NCBI RefSeq assembly: GCF_018977255.1
Contig: NW_024704742.1
Coordinates: 25,918,001 to 25,982,000 of the forward strand
Reading direction: 5' to 3'
DNA length: 64,000 bases
Source: Callorhinchus milii
Taxonomy: Eukaryota
Positions 13,108-27,105 of this stretch are shown here, piece after piece (position 1 is the first letter of the stretch; each line of letters starts with the position of its first letter). The translations under genes were made by a program, and so were the position numbers. The notes below the pieces were generated by a model. It was given only the letters and a program-made list of their open reading frames with translations. It was not told the origin of the DNA and made no database searches.

Positions 13108-13540
13108 CAGTCTGACTCAGTTGGTAGTACTTCTGCCTCTGAGTCAGAAGGTCTGCGTTCAAGCCCCACGTCGATAATTTTAATTTATAGTCTAGGCTGA
13201 TAGTCCAGTGTGGTCCTGGGAGTGTGCTTCATTGTTCGAGGTGCTGTCCTTCAGATGAAACATTAAACTGAAGTACTGTACTGTTTAGGTGGACATTAAA
13301 GATCATATGACCCTATTTGAAAAGAGAAGGTAGTTTCTTACAGTGCTGTGGCCGACAATCTGCCAAATAAAACTGATCATTCACTTCATGGCTGTTTGTG
13401 GGACTTACATTGTACAAAATTAGTTGTCGCGTTTGTCCACAAAACACAGTCAATATCTATTTACACTATATCGTGTGAAGCCCTTTGAGATGTTCTCCCA
13501 TTATGAAAGGTGCTATATCAAATGTTAGGTTTATTATTAA
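13108..13540 (+). mobile_element. Deu-domain SINE (SacSINE1/AmnSINE1-like), near full length
   Basis: ctcagttggtagtacttctgcctctgagtcagaagg head, ggtgctgtccttcagatgaaacattaaac...ggtggacattaaagatc core, L2-like tail. Confidence 0.8.
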
Positions 13541-14194
13541 ACTACCTAAATAATATCAATTTTAAGAAACTGTAATAACTAGTGTTAGTCTGGGAATATT
13601 ATTATGTGGGACCGACTGAACAATTCTGCATACTGGAATCACAATCTGGGATGTAATTGTTGATGTAAGTCAGGGCAATACTTGGGATACAATTAGCTTA
13701 AGTACCTCTGGGTTTACAAGGCTACAAACTGCCTCAGCACCAGTTTTGCTGCTCCTGATTGTTATCAAGTGACCCCTCTTGGGAGGTTGACATGTGCAGG
13801 TGTTGGATGAAGAAGGCATTGGGCAAAGGCAGGATTAAGTGGGTTTGATAGCCATTTGGTCAAATTGCCTTAATTTTAATCTTAACTGAATCAGAGACAA
13901 GATGAGGGGAGCACATTGGAGGAGAAAACTTGAGTGGAAATAAACAACATAACTTTTAAATAGCTTTAGAAATTACTGTCTTTTGAGGCAATATCCACTA
14001 GAAACTGAGCTGTCACTGCCAAACTAATTTCATGTTGACAGCTTTAAATTGGAAAGCTGTCAGGCCACTATGTGTGTGTAAAAAAAGCAATGGATTAAAG
14101 TAGTTGCTCCATTCTGTCTGGAAGAAAGCTGAATGAGTACTGTCTTCCAAACTGCTGAAACTCAGATGTAAATTTACCAACAGTCAAATGGTTA

Positions 14195-15040
14195 ATATTT
14201 CCTGGTAACTTCCTGCAAGACGGAAGCCATACTCCTTGGCTCCCATCAACGTCCTTTCTCCTGCAGCTCAGACTTTCTCAACCTCTCCGGCCTTTTCCTA
14301 ACAGTTACTAAACCTGTGCTAGGGGTCAGGTTCGATCCCCAGCTGTCCTTCCAACCCCACATCCAGGCCCTGACGAAGACCGCTTTCCTCCACCTCCATT
14401 ACATTGTTCGGCTCTGACCGTACCTCTACCAAAAGTAGCCAAGACCCTTGTCCACCCTTTTGTTACCTCCCGTCTCAATTACTCCAATGTTCTCCTCGCC
14501 AGTCTCCCCAGCTCCACTATCCACAAAATCCAACTAATTAAAAACTCCGCCATCCGTACATCACCCCACTGTAAACTTTGTATCCCCATCACACCAGTCT
14601 TCGCCAGGCTCTCTCTCACATAACAAATCGACTTCAAGTTCCTCACATTTGCCTATAAATCCCTTCATGCTCTGGCACCTCCTTACCTCTCCGACCTGCT
14701 TACTGCCCACTCCACCATCTCCGCTCCACCGACCACTTCCTCTCGACTGATCCCTCATCCCCCCTGCTTCTGCCTTGTACCCTCCTGCTTGTCCCTTGTC
14801 CCCTCAACTCCACCATTGGTGGTCATGCTTTCAACCACTTTGGCCCAAAACTTTTGAACTCTCTCCCTTCAATCCCTCTGCCTTACTCCCTCCTTCCCAT
14901 TTTCAAATCACGCCTGAAGATCTTCAACGGTGGTTATGGTCACCTCTTCCCAGCTCGGCATCAGGTTCTACCGCTGTTAAGTGCTTCGAGACGCTACCAT
15001 GTGTGAAGGGCGTTATATAAATGCACGTTTTTGTTGTAAT
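14195..15040 (+). mobile_element. L2 LINE 3' fragment
   Basis: C-rich L2 sense sequence ending gtgaagggcgttatataaatgcacgtttttgttg. Confidence 0.82.
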
Positions 15041-17621
15041 ATCATTCTCTATCCACTCTCTATTCCTGGCTCCATCAACATTCCAGAGTTACGTAGACTA
15101 TAAATTGAGGGAGGATTCTGGGTGGGCGAGAGTGAGAGGAGACTGGTTTAAAAGCCCTAATTTCTCTCTGGTCAGAACTTCTTTATCACATCCAAATAGT
15201 TGGCTGTAGCAGGTCAGCTATAAGCAAATAGAAGCATTTGACCCACAACAGTCTGTGTTCCTTAGTGGTAAGTACTATTACTCAGAGTGGGGACTTCTGA
15301 CCATTGCCAGCAGGGGCCTCTCAAAGTTCGGTCTATTCCAGGGATGTCTTAGCACAGGACAGTTTTGGCCAACTGTCGGTGGACTTGTTGTTGGTGACAG
15401 GAATCCACTGGTCTTTTCAGCAAGTCTGGTAGTTACATTAAACACTACAATGACGACTGTGTCTAAAATATACCTTGTTATGCTGTCTTAATTGATATTT
15501 ATAGCTAGCGAGCGAAAGCTTAAAAATGATTTGTGAAATCAGTCCATCTGTGAGTGCAAACGGCATGCAATGAAACCGATTTCACATCACCGAGCTCTGC
15601 TTCACAGTATGTACAATTTAATCAAGCAAAGAAGAACGTGGCTCTGGGGAGTGTTACTCAGCAAGGGGGTGGCAGCATTACCGAACGGATGGTTGAGCCA
15701 ATTCTTGTTGCCTGCTTGACTTCAGCTGAAAATTCAGAGTGAAGATGGGGATGTGTGGACATGGATTAAAAAAACAACACCGCAACTGGTGATCTCAGTT
15801 GTCTGCAACAAATGACTGATTCCCACAATCGCAGCTCCTCCTCCTGGTCACAGGAATAGAAACGGAACACCTTAACCCACTTATCTTAAACCACAACATC
15901 ATCCACCTCCACTTTATCCTATCTTGCTGGCTTTAGTTACTTACTTTAGAATTTCCCAATAGGCCTATATGTGGGTCCTATTTCCTATTATTTTGATAAA
16001 ACTGGTAAACAAAGAAATAAATAACAATGATATTGTAATAATAATAATCGTTACATTTGATATAATGTCTTTTCACAATAGAACTTTGGAGTTGAGTCAA
16101 CCCTCAGTAGTTCGGTTCCTAAGCCATGTGGGACTGCAGGATTCCAGAGCACTGATGATAACGGTCCGGCCAGTTTGGCGCATTGTCGGTAGTTGAAGGT
16201 GCAGACCAGTCACTGGGAGCAGAGATTTTTTTCCACTCAGCTCCTGCTAACCCTGCAAGCCAAAATCCTGTCAGGTAGGATGGTCCTAGCTGGACAAGCA
16301 ACAGGAAGCTTGTCAGATAGTGGTCCAAATGGCAAGCTAAGCAAAAGTACTCCAGCACACACTCTGGGGTTCCCAAGCCTTGGCTGTTGTCACCCTGCAT
16401 CTAATACTCTTCAGAATAAGTAAGCAGGATGTGATCCTCCAAGGAGAGAAAGTGCATTCCATTCCAGACACGGGAATGTCAGTGTGTAAGTGGCATATGT
16501 AAGTGACTGGTTTAGATACCCTTAAGCATAGTGATGGGTTTCCCTATGGGTCAGACACATGACTGATGAAAAAAAGTGTTTCTCCAAAATATTTCTGTAT
16601 CTTTGATCTCGTATTTATTTTTTGTAATCAAATACCACTGACTCAATGCTGGGGTCGGACCAGTTCAACAGATACCAGTAACCGTAAATTACTAAGTGTG
16701 TATTTTCTAATGTATATTAAGAAGCTGTTCGCAAATTTCAATTACTTCTGAAATAAACAATGCATTCCTTCATAAAGAACTTTGTAACTGAAATGAAATA
16801 GAAAAAAAATGATTTGTAAGCCTGAGTGCTGCTGAATATAATGCTAGGCTGGATGATCCCACTGAGGTTTGTGACAATGAAACTACTTAAAAATCTGCAC
16901 AAGAAAAAAAATGCCTAGGATTAACCGGCCTGCTGAAATAAATTTTACTTGCACATTAACGAAAGCCACTTTTATATTAAAAAAATCTTTGAAGAAGCAC
17001 TTGGTGTCTGCAGTGGAACTTTGATTATCCTTTGCCCTGATTATCCGAAATTATTCGGGTAATCCCAGTGTCACTCTGTTTTAGTTCCCATTCTGCCAGT
17101 TCTTAGACAGAGTTTCTAGGAAATGAGAGGTAATTTGGAGAAGTGAGTGCCGCGGGTTCTGAGGTGGAGAGCTGAATTAACAAAGTAGAATCTTATTTTG
17201 TGTAGCAGGAGCTGAGTTAATTGCAGTGAGTTAGTGTAGCAGGAGCTGAGTTAAACGAGCAATTGAAGTAGAGCAGCAGTAGAATCGGGGAGAGACAGGA
17301 GATCACATAAAGTAATACCGATTTTAATATCTCTAGTGCTCATAACTCATAGTTTGTCAGACATTGCTGTGTGCAATTGAGCTGTCGTATTTGCACTCTG
17401 CTTCACAGGTAAATCCTGTGAAGCCTTTTGGGATGGCCTCCCAAGGTGAAAGACAGTAAACCAAATGAAAGGATTATTATTTTTTAATTTGATTTGTGTT
17501 TAGTTTGAAGTTCTAAAAGATGAAGTGTAAAAACATAGCTCCATCAACAGAGTTCCCACGAGTCAGTGTGCCACATTTTCAGTTACCATCCAAGGATCAT
17601 CAGCGACTGCTGTTACGAATG

Positions 17622-18028
17622 AATAATCCTTGCATTTGATATGATGCGTTTTCCATCAGACGGACATCTTATTTCACATGATTTGCTGCAGACTATAGTG
17701 ACTGTGTATGCGTAGATGAATGTGGCAGCCAAATTGCACACAGCAATGTTCCACAAACAGCCATGAAGTGATTGACCAATTTTATTTGGGGGAACTGTTG
17801 GCTAAGACACCGGGAGAAACTCCCTTGTCTTTTTGAATCATGACATGGGATTTTTATCGCCCACATGAACAGTCAAATGGGGACCTCAGTTTAATGTCTA
17901 ACGGTAACTCCAGCAATGCAGTGGATGCCCAACACTGCAATGAAGTGACAGCCTAGATTGCGAGTTCAAAGACTCGTTATAGGCTTTTGTCTCAGAGGTG
18001 AGAATGCTACAACTGAGCCAAGCTGACA
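17622..18028 (-). mobile_element. Deu-domain SINE, near full length
   Basis: Runs from the tail (taatccttgcatttgatat) to the head (gctacaactgagccaagctg) on -. Confidence 0.8.
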
Positions 18029-21000
18029 CTTACTGTGCTTTAGAACCCATTGTGTGGATTAGAAAGAGAGAATGCACACAATGTGATTGTTAATTATGTT
18101 CTTCAGAAGCAAACTGAAAGATGTGTGCTATGAGTATGTATCACTATTGCAGAATCACTAAAACCAGACATGCTGGCCTCTGGGTTAATGGAAAGAGCTG
18201 CAACAACGGGGAGCAGCACATTCATACTTCTACTGTGAGCAAAATGCAAGATCAAGGAGTTGGTCATATCTTCAAAAGAAAAACAAAAGAGAATGGGAAA
18301 TGCAGGAGAAATATTTTTAGCAGAAGGGTGATAGCATGTGGAACAGATGACCAGCAGAGGTAATGGATCAAAAAACTATAAGGCTTCAAAAGGGATGTAG
18401 GTAACTACATCCATTATCCACTACGGGAATTTCCATTATCCACTACGGGGTCTCTATAATGGCACGTAAATGAGATTCCATATTATCTGTTGCAGAACGG
18501 GATGAGAGTCTATCCCATGGGTTAATTCACAAGCCAATATGTTGACTGATTGGTGAACATTGCAAACTTATCACAACGAAAAGGGCAGGCGGAATGGAAC
18601 AATGGGGCAAATAGTGTAATGTGTAAGAATAATCACTGGTGAAAATTATTGTCCAAAACATAACTTTTGCAAGTCTGATTATGAACACAGCTCTGGCTTT
18701 AACATGATGATTTGACCCGTAGCCAGCTGCCAGCTATTATTGTTGTTGGTGCTGTCTGAGGCACTGGTCCACTCTTCAGTTAGTATGGCATGTCATACAG
18801 CAGCACTCAAAAACCACTGTCCAAGGCTGGCAACATCAATTGTGGCCTTTGGAGGCTTCACGTGGCTTTAGGCCAAATTATTATGTTACTCAGAGGGTAC
18901 TCAATGAAGGGAACAGGTTGCAGGAAAGGCGGTAGAGGCCAAGAGATGGGACTTATTTAAAAAGCAGCTCGATGTAGTGATGGGGTGATGGTAGAACGGG
19001 TGAGATCAGATGGGCTGAAGGGTCTCCTTAATCTGAACCGATCTTGTGAGAGGGTGGCTGAAACATTGGTGGGCCACCTACCTTCTATAACGCTTTCCCG
19101 AAATTTCTCTGTCTTGCTCTCTGACCCTCTTTGCTTTTGAACCAGTCTAAACCATTATCCCTTTGACATTAACTCCTTCAGCTACCTCTACCCTACTTTC
19201 TATTTCTTCCCCAGCTCAGACTCCCACTCTGACCTTGCAGAGTGCTTTGATATACTTTTCTACATGAAAGGTGCTATAAAATTGGAAATTCTTGGTCTTA
19301 AATTATTCATAATCAACTGCACAAGTTTAGTTTGGATTCACCCCAGAGGAACTCGGACTTGTGTGGTAATTTTATTCTTATTTTTGACCAATTTCTTTGC
19401 CCTTTTGTACCCCAAACAGTTTTTGATCCCCATATCGCTGATATGTGAATACATTTACACTTTATGATTAAAAGCAATATGATCATTACCAATTTATTGA
19501 GAAATGTGTCATTGGGAACTTTTACTCATGTGTCATATTTAGATTTGGGACATTTTTTGAAAGAAAAAGCATTTCATTTGCAGAAAGTTAATTCTATTAT
19601 TTGGTTAATTGATAACATAAGAGAAAATAATTTTATTTTAAAGAACTGCACCATCAATGGAAAGTTTAAGCTTTGGGATGGAAAGTAATAACATCTAGCA
19701 ATAAATATTTTAATTTGAAAAACACACCACAGGCGTTTTGCAATGAATTCAGACAGTGACCTTATATTATTCAATTTGCCCAGCAGCTTTAACAGTGAAT
19801 TTATTCAGATGATTTTCACCGAGATAATATTCATCGATTTTTTTTTCACCCCCACCCCTCCTTCGCAACAGAGGGAATGCGTAATGAGATAAAAGCACCT
19901 GTGAAAATGTTTTGATTTTACTGCGTTTCATTTACTCTCTAATAAATATAAACCACTTGTCCTCAAAGAACAATGTGCTAATGTCTTTCAGGTGCTTTTA
20001 TTTTCCTTTATGTGCAGAAAATATGGGCAATTGTGGAATAGTTCAGGTCCCTGCTGAAGACCTTTCTCTTCAACCGTGCCTTTGGTGACCTTCCTCCCCA
20101 TCCCTCTGGCTCGTCCCCAGAATCCATCACTGTGAAGTGCTCTGAAATGCCGTTCGGCATGGAGGGCACTATATAATCCAAGTTGTTGTTGTAGTTTATC
20201 ATCACATTACTGCTTGCCTTGCATTCTTATCCACATTGCCTCCAAACATGTATCCATAGGGTTATACTTCATGGAAAAAGAGTTCTCCTAAGCTTTACTA
20301 CATCAAATATTTATGGCTCTGTTTGAAATCTCAGCATTTGTTGTGTGATTATTTGCAGTTAGGCCAGTTATTACTTGCTTAAAAATTCACTTGTGCACGT
20401 CTACTCTTTTACAGTGTCATCAGGAACAGATGTGCCAGAGTCAGTAATTTTAATAAAGAACAGTGCCAAAGGAGATGAAAATTGTTCTTCAGCAGTTTAT
20501 TGGAAACTTGGTGAAATATTTAAAGTTGCAAGTTCCCTTTTCTAGTGACTTTCTTTGGTAATAATAATGATAATCCTTGCATTTGATATAGCGCCTTATC
20601 ATGTTTTCGAGACGTCTCAAAGTGCTTCATAGAATATACTGGAAAGTGAATTGACTGTATATTTTCTGGGTGAAACGTTAAGGTTAATTTCACCAATTTG
20701 GTACTTTATCATTCAACCAAATGGACCAAATAGCAATACTTTATGAACCTGCCTGGGTTTAGAACCTCAGCTTAGCTTCATTGGGTTGCAGTAAAAGGAA
20801 CATGACGACAAAACTAAATCACTTTAAAATCAAGATCATCATTAAATAACACTTTTTAATGCAGGGATATAAAGTCCCACTGCGTTAGAGTTGACGCAAT
20901 TTGGTGCTTTCTCCCCATTTTTTTTGGGGGGGGATGGGTGTTCAGCCAGGCATCTGACACATTCAGAAACCCATCACCATTCTTAAGATTATCCAAACCA

Positions 21001-22664
21001 AATTGAGCGTCACATACACCCTACCTATACATGGAAATCTCAGAGATAGATTGTTGGAATGGAATGGCACTCTCTCCATAGAGGGACGTATCGTGTTTAC
21101 CTGATCCCCTCTTGCCCCGCCCCCCTACATTTTCCTTGGTTATAGTTCCAATGACACTGGACTCACTTTCATAACTATTTCACCCACAGTCAATTCATTT
21201 TACAGTATATTCTGTGAAGCACTTTGAGACATCTTGAAGATGTGATAAGGTGCTATATAAAATGCAGGGATTATTATTCTTGTCCCAGTTGCCCTGATTC
21301 ATGTGTGAGCCTTGACATTAATTAATTCCAAGCTGATCCTGATGCTGCCTCACCAGACATCCACCCATTCAAACCTTCCTGATATTTTCAAACGACCCCA
21401 GGTCAGTCAAGGGGGAGCAGATAAGTTTCCTCAGCTTTCATGCTTGTGAATTGGGTGTTTCTGACTGATATCTATAACTGGCTTGTTCACAAGGGAATAA
21501 AGGAGAGGACAGGCCCGAGCTGGTAGAAGTTGGAAAGCAATTGTCATCTTGTCATTTTTCAAAATGGACATCCAGATGTTCAATATGAAAATAATTTGCC
21601 CACAAAATATACAGTCAGTTCACTTTACAGTATATTCTGCGAAGCACTTTGAGACGTCTCAAAGATATCCTAAATGAAAGGATAATTATTATTAATTAAA
21701 CTGAAGGTGTTGTTCAAGAAACAAGGACATTCAAGCAGAGAAATATAAAATGGCAATGTTTTCGTTGCCAGAATTATATTTCTTACTTGCCTTTTCTTCT
21801 TTTTTCACTTGCACTTGTTTAATCAATAATTGTCTCCAACAAAATCCATGAACTACCCACACGTGCAGATTCTACCCCGTTACTATGGAAACTGTCAGCA
21901 GCAAACAGCAGGCAGAGATAGCATCTGGCCTTGTTTGCAGTGATGTCATCACGTATTTATCTACCTCTCCTGGTGCTTCTGCCCGATTACCTACTTGGAA
22001 AATGAATAGTTCGAATATAGTTTACCTTATCAATAATAATAATTATAATCCTTGCATTTGACAAAGCCCCTTTTGATGTTGGGAGTGCATCTCGAAGCAC
22101 TTCACAGGATTTACTGTAAAATTCATTGACTGTTTATTTTTGTGGTTGAATATCAAAACCAAAATAAAACTATTGGTTGAAATAGTACAAGTAGTAAGCC
22201 ATGGCAAAGGGGAACAACAACAGCTTACATTTATGGAGTACCCTTCATGTAGGATGATGTCTTGGAGCGCTTACCATCACTGGATCGGACACCAAGCAGA
22301 GCGAAAGAGGAGGTGACCATAGGCTCGATCGATGAAGTAGATTGTAAGGCAAGACATAGATAAATAAAGAGGAACTGAGACGGAAGGGTAGAGGGAGGGA
22401 GTTCCAGATGTTAGGGATGTAAAATCTGAAGACTCGGCTCGCTTAGAGTGAAGGTGAGCAGAGAAGTCTGGAAGAAGATGAGGTACAGCACAATACAATT
22501 TACATTCCTCTGTAGCACTTGTCAGGTTTGGCGGTTGTCTCGAAGTTCTTCACATTGCTGAAGGAGCACCCGAGTAAGAAGTGGGAACCATAAGGGACAC
22601 GCTAAGGCATGAAGGAGTTTGTAGGTGAGGACCTTGGAATCAATCTGTTGGAGGACAAGGAGAC

Positions 22665-23592
22665 AACAACAACAAAATTACATTTGTATAGTGCCTTTCA
22701 TGTCAGGAGGATGTCCCAAAGCACTGGACAATCAGTGTTTCAGAGCCGAGCTGGGAGTCAGGATCGGGGAAGGTAGGGGAGTAAAGGAGGGTGATCGAAG
22801 GCACGGTCAAAGAGGAGGGTCTTTTGACGGATCTTGAAAAAGGCAAGAGAGGGGGTGGAGGCAGGGGGATTGCAGGGTGGAGTTCCAGAATGGCTGCAGG
22901 CCTTCCTGCCAATGGTGGGGCAGGCGAACTGGAGGACATGAAGCAGGATGCATCCCACTGAGCGGAGGGAGCGGGCAGGTTGGTAGGGGGGAGCAAGGCC
23001 ATGAAGAACTTTGAAGGTGAGGACCAGGATCTTGAACTGTATTCTCTGTGTGATGGGAAGTCAGTGGAGTTGGGCGAGGATGGGGGTGATAGGGCACGGA
23101 GCATAGTGCAGGAGAGGACACAGACTGCAGAGTTTTGGATGATCTGCAGCTTATGGAGGGAGGAGTGGGGGAGGCCAACAAGCAGAGAGTTTACAGAGTT
23201 GAGCCTGGATATTGTGAATGTGTGTTTGAGAGTCTCGGCAGCATGTGGTGTGAGACAGTGGTGGAGACGGGCGATGTTGCGGAGGTGGGGGAAGGCAGAG
23301 AGGGTCATGGCACAGATGTGGGGGTAGAAAGGATAGTTGAGGGTCAAACAAGATGCCAAGGTTCTGGACTGGCTTGGTGAGGTGGCGTGTGCATCCTTGG
23401 ATGGTGATGCTGTCAGTGCCTGAGGTATGGAGGCGTTTTATGGGAGCCAATCAGGAGAGCCTCGGTCTTGTTGACGTTCAACTGTAGAAAGTTAGCTCTT
23501 ATCCAGGAATTAATGTCTGACAGACATTCTGTCAGGACAGCAGTGGTCCTGGAGTCAAGGGTGGAGGTAGAGAGGTACAGTTGGGTGTCATC
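22665..23592 (-). mobile_element. L2 LINE 3' ~0.9 kb, with two smaller L2 3' ends just upstream (about 22210-22660)
   Basis: DDTQLYLS...LSDINSWIRANFLQLNVNKTEALLIG...HLRNIARL...LQIIQNSA; (AAC)n tail at 22665. Confidence 0.92.
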
Positions 23593-24299
23593 CAATAGCG
23601 GAGCAAGGTGCGTACTGGGATGATGGGTGTGCGGATGCTTCAAGTTCACTGATCAGGGTCATTAATTTTATTACTTGTTTGCAACAGTGAAATAAAACCC
23701 AGCATTCTGCTTTAAACTGCCATGTGTACATTATAAATATAAATAGTTTCATGAGGGAGTCCTGCCTTGAAACCTACATCTTTGACCGCATCTATTGTCA
23801 CCTATTTCTTCCTCCGCCCCACCCCAAATGGCACTGTATCAATTACAAGGATTACTTAAGGACTTTGAGACATCCGCCCTATGTGAATGGTGCTACATGA
23901 ATATAGATTGCATTATTATTGTGGTCTTGTTAGTGGTTTGTAGTATCAGCATAATTTCTTTGGATTTATATTGTGTCATCTACCATACATCACCAATGTC
24001 TTATTTCTCCTTACAACAGCGCCCAGAGACTGTAAAGATGCTTTTCAGTGCTAATATACCCAAATCCCTTTCCACTTTAATTTATGATCTACCATTTAAT
24101 ATTGTTCTCAGATTTTCTATTTGTAGCATCAATATGCACTGCAACAGCTTACGTTTTACAATAATAAATACCACCTGTCATTCACCTGCCTAATTTACAA
24201 ATTCTCTGCCTCTCTTGAAATTTGTAACCTTTCCTCAAAAAGTAATCAAATGTAGCATTGAAACCTTGGGCAGGTCACACCTTGCAAGAGTCATTCCCC

Positions 24300-24675
24300 A
24301 TTATTACCAAGTAAATACTTACTCAATCCTTAGAAAATATAGATCAATGGTGGAGGAAATGTCTAGAAAGGATCAACGTATAACATTTTATATGGGATTG
24401 AAAAAGTAAACCTAGATCAATACTCTAGGATGCAACATGAACAAGAAGACATAGGTTCAGAGTTATGAAGGGCAATTTAAGGACAGACACCAGGAAGTTG
24501 TTCTTTACTCATAAGGTAATTAATTACTAGAACAGGCTGTCAAGAAGGCTTGAGTAAGGTCAGGGCACTGGACTCATTTAAAAAGCAGCTTGATGCTGTG
24601 ATGGGAGGATGGGTGTTCTGGCAGGATAAGATCAGATGGGCTGAAGGGCCTTCTTCATCCAGACAGATCTTGTGA
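24300..24675 (+). mobile_element. Decayed CR1 3' fragment
   Basis: CR1-like C-terminal and 3' UTR sequence (ttctttactcataaggta...tttaaaaagcagcttgatg...cagatgggctgaagggcc). A related piece lies at about 18890-19050. Confidence 0.6.
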
Positions 24676-25899
24676 GACCAAGATATGGTTCTTCTGCAGG
24701 CTCTGGAATGTTCAAGATGGATGATTTCTCCATTGGTTTGTTTCCAGCTAGGGCCAACTTTCCTATTATGTCTGAGGCTTACAAGGTTTCAGGGCATTGT
24801 TGATTTAGGTTTGGGAGCGTATTGTATACATGGTTTAGTGGGGCAGGGCGGTGCACTGTGCAATCTATTGCAGGCACACCAAGAAGAGAAGAGAAGGAGT
24901 TGCCTTAAACCAAAGGTTTTTCATCCCAGTATCCAGAAGGAATGAAGAGCAGCAATTTCTCCTATTCTGAATTATGCATTGTTACCTGGAAATCATAACA
25001 AGTAGCATTGCTGGTAGTATGATGTGGTTGCAAAACTCAAGAGACATCTGTAATTCACAGTCATCAGCGCATGATTTTTTATTTTTAATAATCCTTGCAT
25101 TTGATATAGTGCCTCTCACATTTGGAGGACATCTCAAACACTTCACAGGATTCATTGTAAAGTACAATGACTGTGAATTTTGTAGGCAAACATAACGGCC
25201 AAATTGTACATAGCCACAACCTTCTGATTGAGAGGTGAGAGTGCTACCAACTGAGCCAGGCTAACGCATAATATACTTAAATCATAAAGATAATCCTTAC
25301 ATTGAGTGTCAACAACAACAACTTGCACTTATATAGCGTCCTCCACGCAGGGTAGCCTCCCGAAGTGCTTCACAGGATATACAGCTTCAACCTAGCTACA
25401 CAATCTAAAATCTTTATGTAAGTATTTCCATATGGAATATGTCAGGTAGTTAATGATTACACTTGGACATGGTTTCTTGATATGAAGTCTTACCTGATAT
25501 CATATAAGGGCAAAAACTAAGTGGAAAGATTACCCACTGATAACTCAACAAGAGAAAAATGTGTTAGTCTTCTCTGTATATGCTCTGGACCAATACCTAC
25601 TATTGTATTTCCAGAATTGAAGGGAGACTGAAGAGATGCAATTATTTATAAAATCTGGATCCACAGTTAAGGAAATGCTTTTGCAACTAATTATAGTACT
25701 CTCTCTTGTTTCCCCAGATGTTAGAGATAACTGGTGAGAAGCCCTGATCACGTTCAGCAGATTTATTATTTGCATCTGCTGAGAGTGGGTTGGCAATAGC
25801 ATTTCAAAGATAGGCACTTCTTTAATAAAGCAGTCATACACACGCACACACACACTCACATACACACTAGCGCCTTTCAAGTTCACATACACGTGCACA

Positions 25900-26132
25900 A
25901 CTGTCTTTCACTTCAGGATGATATCTCAAAGCGCTTCACAGGTTGTATTGTAAAGTAAACTAACTATTTAGTCAGCACATCAAAGTCACACAAGCAGCTA
26001 GGAGGTGAATTATGATTTTATCTGGGCAATTGTTGGCCAGAACCCTGGGAGAAACTCTTTTTCGAATAGTACCATAGGATCTTTAATGTCCACCTGAACA
26101 GGCAGATGAGACTTTGGTTTAACATCTCATCT
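25900..26132 (-). mobile_element. Deu-type SINE fragment
   Basis: ggatctttaatgtccacctgaacaggcagatgagactttggtttaacatctcatc. Confidence 0.72.
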
Positions 26133-26690
26133 GCTAAAAAGAAAGAAAGCAGTCAGAGAAAGGGAAATTGTTGTAGATTATTGCAATGTTTGTGGTGCTT
26201 CATTAATATTCTCTTACGAGCGTGATGCATCCAAAATCCATAAGCATTACAGTTGCCAGTTAATCATACTGTTGCAACAGCCTAGCTGCAAGTCTTATTA
26301 AATTTGAAAAAGACATCCTCAATAGTTTAACAAAGTACATGAACATTTTAATTGGTTTAAGAACGATCTCAAGACCCTTCTCTTCGATTGTGCCTTTGGT
26401 CGCTCTCCCACCTCTCTGCCTTCCCTTATCCTGCACCACTCCTCCCCCATGCTCGGGCCCTGACATCAGTGCTTTGAGACGTCCTCCCGACGTGAAAGGC
26501 ACTCTATAAATGTAATTTTGTTGTTGTTTCCAGAATGCTTCCAGAAAGGTATTATTTGGAAATCCAATACAATCTATTCCCAATGCCGATGTGATCTAAT
26601 TGAGCATCATGAGCCAATTCTAAAATACAAAAAAGAACCCGAACTTATCAGAAAATCCTACAAGCCCAGGCTCTAAACCTTTAAGTGTGT

Positions 26691-27105
26691 CAGCCTGGTA
26701 GTGGTAGCACTTTCGTCATTTAGTTAAAAGTTGTGGGTTGAAGCCCAAAGTCAGGAGTTGAACTCACATAATCCAAGCCGACACTCCAATGCAATGTTGG
26801 GGGTGTCCTAGATTGACGGAGGTGCTGTCCTTCGGATGAGTGTCTGCTTGTTCAGTTTAAAGATTCCACGGCACTATTTGAAAAGAGAATTGAGATTCTC
26901 CCGGTGTCCTGGCCAACAACCCCCTCAGAAAATAAATTGGTCATTCACTTCATGACTGTTTGTGTGACATTGCTACGTGCAAATTGGTTGCCGGGTTCGT
27001 CCGCAAATGCACAGTCACTCCACTTCACAGTAAATGCTGTGAAGCGCTTTGGGGCATCTTCCCGACGTGAAAGGCACTAAACCAAATACAGGGATTATTA
27101 TTATC
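26691..27105 (+). mobile_element. Deu-domain SINE, near full length
   Basis: cagcctgg..gtggtagcact head; ggaggtgctgtccttcggatgag...ggcactatttgaaaagag...tctcccggtgtcctggccaac; (att)n tail. Confidence 0.85.
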
